This document shows positions 26,557 through 32,729 of a stretch of DNA of 32,729 nt, in pieces. The position numbers and the translations under genes were made by a program. Where the stretch lies: IMG/VR virus record IMGVR_UViG_3300014720_000109, positions 1-32,729 of that record. One strand, given 5' to 3'. A model generated the notes under the pieces. That model worked only from the letters and a program-made list of their open reading frames with translations. It ran no database searches and was not told the origin of the DNA. Origin of the DNA: a virus (lineage: Duplodnaviria > Caudoviricetes). Positions within the stretch are counted from its first letter, which is position 1, and the number at the start of each line of letters is the position of its first letter.

Positions 26557-27270
26557 ATGGTCGCCAGCCCTAAACCCTCTTTCAAAGAGCTGATGTCTCA
26601 AATGAAAGAAAAAACACAAACAGCTCCAGTAATCTCGATTCAGAACAGCAAGAAAAAATTAGATGATCGTTATACTCTGAATCAGGGTTGGTATGACGCT
26701 CTGCTAAACACCGATATGGTGTTGAGCTCAGATCCACAGGCTTCTGATTTGAGATTAGATCCTGATAAACAGCGCCAAATTGTTGAAATTGGTGTTTATG
26801 AGGGTGCTTCTACTGTTTTTTGGTCTGATTTTTACTTAAATCACCCTGAATCTAGGTTAATTTCAATCGATCCTTTTACGGGAAGTCAAGAACATCACGA
26901 AGATCCTGACAGATATCCAGAACTCAACAATATCGAGATAACTGCACGAGGAAACATCGCCAAATCTAATAATGCGGCCAAAATTGAAGTAATAAAAGGC
27001 TGCAGTTGGGATGTATTTCCAGAATTAAATCGTCGATTTAATGGAACACCGTGGATTGATCTTTTGTATATTGACGGAGCTCATGATTCTGTTTCTGTTG
27101 CAAGAGACACGGCTCTGTATCTACCGATGGTTAAGTCAGACGGTATTTGTATTTTTGATGATTTTGCGCATCCAGACGTAAAACAAGGTGTCGAAGGAGT
27201 TTTAGCCGCCACGGGGCTTATACATTTTGCTGTATTTACTGGATGGCAACTGGCTTGCAAGATCAAATGA
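26557..27270 (+). CDS. Class I SAM-dependent methyltransferase (Methyltransf_24-like)
   Basis: IVEIGVYEGAS, ISIDPF, IDLLYIDGAH, GICIFDD. ATG 26557 preferred over GTG 26512, which lies within the divergent promoter. Confidence 0.85.
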   Translation: MVASPKPSFKELMSQMKEKTQTAPVISIQNSKKKLDDRYTLNQGWYDALLNTDMVLSSDPQASDLRLDPDKQRQIVEIGVYEGASTVFWSDFYLNHPESRLISIDPFTGSQEHHEDPDRYPELNNIEITARGNIAKSNNAAKIEVIKGCSWDVFPELNRRFNGTPWIDLLYIDGAHDSVSVARDTALYLPMVKSDGICIFDDFAHPDVKQGVEGVLAATGLIHFAVFTGWQLACKIK

Positions 27271-27274
27271 GGCC

Positions 27275-27340
27275 AGACCGCACTCTTCCACGCTTTTCTA
27301 ATAACGGCTTGCGTGGAAGAAGTTTTTTCTGTGCGCGTCT
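27275..27340 (+). terminator. Hairpin between convergent genes (possible terminator)
   Basis: TCTTCCACGC (27284-93) pairs with GCGTGGAAGA (27311-20), followed by AGTTTTTT; the 17-nt loop is atypical. Confidence 0.45.
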
Positions 27341-27364
27341 ACCTAACAGGGTCAACCCTTAACC

Positions 27365-27658
27365 TTAATTCCAAGAATTAAAAGGTGTGCAATCCTCAGC
27401 TTGACCCACATAAGAATGAAACAGAGTTAAAAGATCCTCAAGGACTTCTTTTGAATAAACAGTATCTTCTCCTAACGAACTCCAAAATGCAAACGCACAT
27501 TCGTCACAAGGATCGTCATCCGGTAACAACGCATAATCTTTGTAATTCCCACACATTAAATCAGACCATATGTTAAAAGAACTACGTACACTCTGTAGTC
27601 CTCTATAAACTACATGGCTAAAAAAATAATTAAACCACGACATTCTGTAAGTTTGCAT
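27365..27658 (-). CDS. Hypothetical protein
   Basis: 97 aa; the IWSDLM.GNYKDYAL...DDP..EC...FW.SLGED pattern resembles cyanophage hypotheticals I recall (unverified). Confidence 0.6.
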   Translation of the reverse strand: MQTYRMSWFNYFFSHVVYRGLQSVRSSFNIWSDLMCGNYKDYALLPDDDPCDECAFAFWSSLGEDTVYSKEVLEDLLTLFHSYVGQAEDCTPFNSWN

Positions 27659-27675
27659 TATTAAAAATAAATAAA

Positions 27676-27927
27676 TTACGGTATTTCAGGAAAAAGAACT
27701 TTAGCAACAGACTTAATATGATTTGCTTTGTCGAAATAATAATAATATTCTTCCATCAAAATATCTTTAAGATGTTCAGATAACTTATCAAGTAAATCGT
27801 CTTCAGAAGTGTACTCAAAAACTATATCTTTAAACCTTTTTTTTGCAGAATCTATATAAGAATCTGCGGAAAATTTAAATTTGTTAAAGATGTCCCAGTC
27901 AGAAATTTCGTTAGTTGACGCAGACAT
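27676..27927 (-). CDS. Hypothetical protein
   Basis: 83 aa; TTGCTT-N16-TATACT lies upstream (27950-27977). Confidence 0.6.
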   Translation of the reverse strand: MSASTNEISDWDIFNKFKFSADSYIDSAKKRFKDIVFEYTSEDDLLDKLSEHLKDILMEEYYYYFDKANHIKSVAKVLFPEIP

Positions 27928-28004
27928 AAAAAAAAACTCAACTAGTCAGAGTATAAGCAGTCATAGACAACAAGCAAGTCCCAGCCACAATGGTTAATCA
28001 AAAA

Positions 28005-28661
28005 TTAACCGCCGCGCTTTAACAACTCACGATAAGCAATATCAGGATGGCTTTCCACCCAAGTCATAAAATTATCAGCAGTCATACCAGCACCACCACC
28101 AGCCTCCCATAATCGACGTTGAAGCTCTCCGCCCTCAGCCATGCTGCGACCCAAAAGTTCATGCTTCATATATTCAGTCGCTAAAGCATTTTTTTCTTCA
28201 GTTGATGGTGTCGGCGTGGAAGGAACAGGAATCGAACGAGGTTCACTTCGCGGCGCCACAGCTTGAGTTGAAGCTTGCGCTACTGGCGCCGAAGACACAA
28301 ATGATGAAGATCTAGGTACACCAGGAACTATACCCGAACGAACAGGTTCATTCTTTGCTTTTTGTGCTGCAAAATATCGATTAGACTCTTCGATCAAACG
28401 ACGATCATCTTTTGCATTAACAGCACCAGCATCAAGAATATTTAAAAAAAGTCCAACTTTAGGCCCCATCGAAAAATAACCAACTCTATCAGCCGCTTCC
28501 GGACCAAAAGTCTTCTCAGTAACAGCGCGAATTGTTTCTTCTAAAACAATTGCAGCAGCATTAAAAGGATTTAAAGGATTCAAAGCCTTGCCAATAGCAC
28601 CCAATCGTGTCGTCGGAACACGAGTTCTAAAAGGATTTAAAGCAACCGGAACCCTAGGCAT
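28005..28661 (-). CDS. Hypothetical protein, candidate internal virion protein
   Basis: 218 aa; S/P-rich linker; C-terminal WVESHPDIAYRE motif shared with the 555-aa protein. Confidence 0.6.
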   Translation of the reverse strand: MPRVPVALNPFRTRVPTTRLGAIGKALNPLNPFNAAAIVLEETIRAVTEKTFGPEAADRVGYFSMGPKVGLFLNILDAGAVNAKDDRRLIEESNRYFAAQKAKNEPVRSGIVPGVPRSSSFVSSAPVAQASTQAVAPRSEPRSIPVPSTPTPSTEEKNALATEYMKHELLGRSMAEGGELQRRLWEAGGGAGMTADNFMTWVESHPDIAYRELLKRGG

Positions 28662-28703
28662 CAGATATTAACCATTGAATCAATTATAACTTTGGCATTT
28701 TAT

Positions 28704-31652
28704 TTATCTAGAACGCTGCCCTGATAAATAAGGAATTTGATTTCGACGAAGACGATTAAAGATGTATCGACCTTCATTAACTATTTGTTGTCCCAGACGC
28801 CGACCAATGTCAGTTTGAGGATCAGTACGTGTAAAAGGCAGAACTTTAGCATTCACATCAGCAGCTTTACGAGTTAGAACATTCAACGCGCTATCGTCAC
28901 GACCCTGCCCAATCAATCCAGCACCGATTACTGCAGGAAGAGCAATAGATGCAGCTCCTGCAACGGCGGGATTTACAGTTGCTGCAACTTGAGGGGCAAC
29001 TCGAGTCAAGATATTTCCTGCACCTTTAATAGCAGCTTCACTTAAAACTCCCGTACCGACATCAACACCAAAAGCTTTTGCAGCACCAGCAACATCATCT
29101 TTTTCAATTGCTCTAGCAACTTCATCATTTAATAAACTTAAAGCAGCACCAGCAGCAGCTCCACGTGGATTTTGACGGATAGCTTCAACAACAGGAGTAG
29201 TAGGATCAAGCGAATAATAAGCTTTTGTCGTTTTGGGTAAGCGACCTTGTTTAACAACAACAGTTCCTTCTGGGCTTATACGTACTTTTCCACTTAAACC
29301 TTGTTCAGCAGGTTGCATTTGTAAAGGAACAGCATTACCACGTTGATCGATATATGTATACTGAATGCCGGTTTCGTCCGTAGGACCGAAACCAACACTT
29401 TGATATGCCGCTCCACGGAGATTAGGTATCGAATAGCCTTCTTCAACAAAAGGTTGCAATTTACGTAAAGTTGAACTTGTCTGAGGAGTTTCACCTTCAC
29501 GAACCTTTAATCGATACAAACCCATTGAACCAAGAGGACTATTAGTAACAAGAGTTCCGGGTTTTAAATCTTTAAGGGCATTCTGCTGAGCAAATTGAGC
29601 AAAAGCCCGCGAAACTGCAGTCGGAAGATTTTTTTCGTCCATATTATATCCAGTGCCAGGAGCTTTAGTAGTAAAAGTAATATTCGCTCGATTTAAAATT
29701 GGATTGTCTTGTAAAAAACGAAAAACATTTGCAGACACTTGACTAGGCATAACAGCTGAACTTGCAGGATCTATCCCTGGATTTTGAGAAACTCGCATAT
29801 CAATTCCATAAATAGGTAGATCACCTCTTAAACCAGGCGTTAAAGGTTGAACAGATTCAGTTTTAGGGTCGTAAGTAAACTCTTGTTTATATATTTTTTG
29901 AGGATTTGATGAAATACCAGGATAAAGTTCTGTTAAAACCTTTAAATCAACATCACGAAAAGCTCTACGTAAAGCTTGAGAGCGATCATCAAGAAACTCA
30001 AGCGCCTTTTGACGAGGTCGAATATACCCACCGCCGCCAACAATAGGTAAAACACTACTAGTAGCGGAGTCAGCAATTATATTTAAATCCCTACCAACCC
30101 CTAAATCATTTAAAGATTGAATAGCAAATCTTTGTTTATCCGGGTCACCTGATGTAAAAAGTTGTTCAGTATTATTTAACTGCTTAATAAGATCATCGCT
30201 TACATTGCGTGTGGACAATATCTTGCGGTACAAGTCAGCTCTATCTTCTGGAGAAGTTATTACTTGAGCTGTATCAACATATTTTAAATACTGCTTAGCC
30301 TCTGAACCACGCAAACGAGGTCTATCAGAAGTGCTTAGCTCTGTATTTAATAAAGTTTCAACTTCTGGATACTGGCTAACAACTTGTCTGAGCGTTTCAA
30401 TTGGAATTTTTTGTTCTTCAAGTAGAGCTTGGCGAGCTATGTTACTAATTTCTTCATTTAGACCCGGAATAACTAACTGTCTTGGAGCATTACGATCTAC
30501 TGAAAAAGAAGGTGCAACACCAACCATTCGCGAACGATCTGCATTTACAGCCCGTAAAACCTCATCACTTTCACGAGCTCGCTCAACATAAGGATCTGGA
30601 GTAGAAATACGTTGTTGTATTTCGTAATTTTCTATATCATTTTGAATAGCATTATCTATATCTCGATCAGAAAGAACATCCGCCACAGCGGGAAGGACTA
30701 AGTTACGACGTGCTGCTTGTCGAATGGCTCTATTGGATGCTAAAGAATTTAAGTCACGTTGTAGTTCATAAAGAACATTGCGTTGTTGTGCAATGTCGGA
30801 GGAAGAAAGAGGTTCTTGTGACTCATTAATAGCTTGCTGAGCACGTCTAATTAAAGCATCCCTAGGATCTTCTTGTTGTAAATCAAGTTCTAACTGTTCT
30901 CGTGTACCAGGAAAATTACCTTGAATAACCCGACCAGATTGAGCAGTTCGAATAGCACGCTCAACAGCTCGTCGTTGAGCTTCTATACCTTGTATTTGCT
31001 GAGGAAGAGTAGTAATAGGATCTAAATTATTTAAACTTTCAGCAGCATTACTATAAATATTTCTAAAAGAGGGTGTTTGTTCATTTGAAGTTGCAGCACG
31101 GTTTAACTCATCTGCAAGTTCATAAGCAAAATTATCACTATTTTCAGGTACATTCTCCAAAATCTCAGAGTAACCTGTTGTTCTTAATGAATTTAAATCT
31201 TCAGAATCTATAGCACCAGTTCTTAGAGCGTTTAAAACTTCTTCTTGCGCGGCTGAACGATCAGGTAACTCAAGAATTTGTTGTTCTAAAAAAGCACGGT
31301 ATTTAGGATCAGCATTCAAAAAGTTATAAGCTCTGTAATCCTCATAATCAGTATCAATATCTAACCCTCTGTAAGGTATTCGACCACCGTAATCACTAAC
31401 GTCAAGAAGATTTCTGTTAAACCGAGCTTCACTTAAATCAAATTCAGGGCGATCGTCTACAACTAAATCATAATCATTTGAGTACCTATCCTCCATTGCA
31501 CGTATAACATCTTCATCTAACTCACCAGTCTCTAACGCACGCTCAAAAAGATAGTTGCGAGCATCATCCTCACTGTAAATATTTTGTTCGTTATAGTCTC
31601 TAAATTCTTGAATAACGCGATTAAGGTCATCCACCGAATATGGCTTCGGCAT
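28704..31652 (-). CDS. Large hypothetical protein, candidate internal virion/ejection protein
   Basis: About 982 aa; acidic helical N-terminus, Ala/Gly-rich hydrophobic C-terminal helices; ATG 31652 or TTG 31658. Confidence 0.6.
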   Translation of the reverse strand: MPKPYSVDDLNRVIQEFRDYNEQNIYSEDDARNYLFERALETGELDEDVIRAMEDRYSNDYDLVVDDRPEFDLSEARFNRNLLDVSDYGGRIPYRGLDIDTDYEDYRAYNFLNADPKYRAFLEQQILELPDRSAAQEEVLNALRTGAIDSEDLNSLRTTGYSEILENVPENSDNFAYELADELNRAATSNEQTPSFRNIYSNAAESLNNLDPITTLPQQIQGIEAQRRAVERAIRTAQSGRVIQGNFPGTREQLELDLQQEDPRDALIRRAQQAINESQEPLSSSDIAQQRNVLYELQRDLNSLASNRAIRQAARRNLVLPAVADVLSDRDIDNAIQNDIENYEIQQRISTPDPYVERARESDEVLRAVNADRSRMVGVAPSFSVDRNAPRQLVIPGLNEEISNIARQALLEEQKIPIETLRQVVSQYPEVETLLNTELSTSDRPRLRGSEAKQYLKYVDTAQVITSPEDRADLYRKILSTRNVSDDLIKQLNNTEQLFTSGDPDKQRFAIQSLNDLGVGRDLNIIADSATSSVLPIVGGGGYIRPRQKALEFLDDRSQALRRAFRDVDLKVLTELYPGISSNPQKIYKQEFTYDPKTESVQPLTPGLRGDLPIYGIDMRVSQNPGIDPASSAVMPSQVSANVFRFLQDNPILNRANITFTTKAPGTGYNMDEKNLPTAVSRAFAQFAQQNALKDLKPGTLVTNSPLGSMGLYRLKVREGETPQTSSTLRKLQPFVEEGYSIPNLRGAAYQSVGFGPTDETGIQYTYIDQRGNAVPLQMQPAEQGLSGKVRISPEGTVVVKQGRLPKTTKAYYSLDPTTPVVEAIRQNPRGAAAGAALSLLNDEVARAIEKDDVAGAAKAFGVDVGTGVLSEAAIKGAGNILTRVAPQVAATVNPAVAGAASIALPAVIGAGLIGQGRDDSALNVLTRKAADVNAKVLPFTRTDPQTDIGRRLGQQIVNEGRYIFNRLRRNQIPYLSGQRSR

Positions 31653-31703
31653 AGTCAAATAGAAAGTCGTACATCAATTATAAAACACAAAAATAAAAAC
31701 AAC

Positions 31704-31732
31704 TTGACAAGCACCGTGCGGCATGGTATGCT
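31704..31732 (+). promoter_or_regulatory. Sigma70-type early promoter TTGACA-N17-TATGCT
   Basis: Perfect -35, 17-nt spacer ending in TGG, A-rich UP-like tract at 31681-31702. Confidence 0.85.
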
Positions 31733-31756
31733 GTACAAGACATCCAATAACACTAA

Positions 31757-32245
31757 ATGTCAAACTCTTTATTTACGATTAAAATTTATCGATTTGCTGG
31801 AACTTGGTGCTTTACAGATAAAAAACGAAATTTAATCAATGAACCATTTATTTCTGGAATTCCTGAATTAATTGACGAATGCATTGAACAAATAAACCCA
31901 CAGAAGGACGAACAAAAATTAAATAAGTCTTATCGAATCACATTTAGTGAAAAACAATTTCCAGGAGCACTAAATTACTTACGTTTTCTTTTTGAAGAAT
32001 ATGGTGGAGCGTGGTATTCAAAACAAATTATTGACGAAGAAATAGATTTAAAAGCAAAAACAGGTTGGCTGTGCCCCGCTACTCTAAAGTTTTTTGTTAA
32101 TTTTCCGAAAAAAATTTATTTTTTAATAAGCTCTATAGATATAGAGCATACATTCAATGACTACCCGCAAAATAACGCCGACCGATGCAACATTAAACAG
32201 CTTTCTGAAGAATTCACGAAAGCTGCTCGCGGCACTTATCTCTAA
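31757..32245 (+). CDS. DUF6717-like hypothetical protein
   Basis: IYR..GTWCFTD...L..EPFISG....ID...FS...FPG...GGAWY...GWLCPA.LKFF...PKKIY fits the family as I recall it. Confidence 0.7.
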   Translation: MSNSLFTIKIYRFAGTWCFTDKKRNLINEPFISGIPELIDECIEQINPQKDEQKLNKSYRITFSEKQFPGALNYLRFLFEEYGGAWYSKQIIDEEIDLKAKTGWLCPATLKFFVNFPKKIYFLISSIDIEHTFNDYPQNNADRCNIKQLSEEFTKAARGTYL

Positions 32246-32297
32246 AAAGATCGATTTTCTAACTTTCCTCACAAATAAACAAAATTATGATTCTGCT

Positions 32298-32474
32298 ATG
32301 AAAAAAAGTTTTAACCCTGACGATCTCTTAATCGAAGTTTTACATTTTGGTGCTGAAGTCGAGCTGAATTGGTGCTGTGCCCAAATCAGTCAGTGTCATA
32401 TGATCCCATCCGAAGATCGAGACAAAATAGCTACTTATCTTTATGAGACTCGTCGTTCTTCGCGGCACTTTTAA
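32298..32474 (+). CDS. Small hypothetical protein
   Basis: MKKSFNPDDLL...; the internal ATG avoids an 89-nt overlap with the previous gene. Confidence 0.5.
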   Translation: MKKSFNPDDLLIEVLHFGAEVELNWCCAQISQCHMIPSEDRDKIATYLYETRRSSRHF

Positions 32475-32491
32475 TTTTATAAAAATTTAAA

Positions 32492-32683
32492 ATGTGTAAC
32501 CAACCTCTGCTTGTCTACTTAAACACAATCATTAGCGACGGTGATGATGCGCATGATTTTACAGCGCTTTCAAAGGAGTGTATTATGTACACTGCAGCCT
32601 GGCTCCAAGAAGAGGGGTTCTGGCAGGCCGCCAGTGTGCTGCGCGGCGAACTTAGTGATAACCCTAGTAACGAAAGCGACTAA
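32492..32683 (+). CDS. Small hypothetical protein
   Basis: 63 aa; its stop overlaps the next ATG (TAATG). Confidence 0.55.
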   Translation: MCNQPLLVYLNTIISDGDDAHDFTALSKECIMYTAAWLQEEGFWQAASVLRGELSDNPSNESD

Positions 32684-32729
32684 TGACCATGACTGCTGAA
32701 CCCAAAATTTTTTCGATTGATGAGCTTGA
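32683..32729 (+). CDS. Start of a further ORF (truncated by window)
   Basis: MTMTAEPKIFSIDEL..., TAATG-coupled to the previous gene. Confidence 0.4.
   Translation, partial: MTMTAEPKIFSIDEL

Noticed and set aside
23902-27270. Methyltransferases as DNA methylases or a restriction-modification system
   Set aside because: No DPPY/NPPY or PC catalytic motifs seen; the motifs fit small-molecule or sugar O-methyltransferases.
28562-28643. Short direct repeat taaaaggatttaaag
   Set aside because: Only reflects LNPF/LNPL peptide repeats in the coding sequence; too short to interpret.
865-31835. Other short nested or antisense ORFs in the track (e.g. 3622-3870, 9023-9271, 12587-12859, 18137-18421, 21075-21359, 30331-30591, 31584-31835)
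   Set aside because: They lie within or largely overlap better-supported genes and have no recognisable features.

Overview
This is a 32.7-kb stretch of a tailed dsDNA bacteriophage, probably a cyanophage (the host call is an inference). It is gene-dense and mostly on the - strand. It holds the head and packaging module: putative TerS, TerL, portal, scaffold, an N4-gp56-like major capsid protein, decoration/spike-like proteins and a likely adaptor. Also present are the N-terminus of a repeat-containing fibre protein, a run of Ala/Gln/Pro-rich candidate ejection proteins, one tRNA-Leu(UAA), and small early genes behind near-consensus sigma70 promoters. Three things stand out. (1) Eight glycan-enzyme genes lie in and around the packaging module: two GT17-like paralogues, a GT-A-like protein, GT4, a GH130-like propeller, a GT2-like protein and two SAM methyltransferases. 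(2) Ser-Gly dipeptides are enriched in the presumed surface proteins, which together with (1) suggests a virion O-glycosylation system with a readable sequon. (3) A 509-nt same-strand overlap codes for both the portal C-terminal tail and the scaffold N-terminus. All family calls are from motif recognition by eye; no database search was run.
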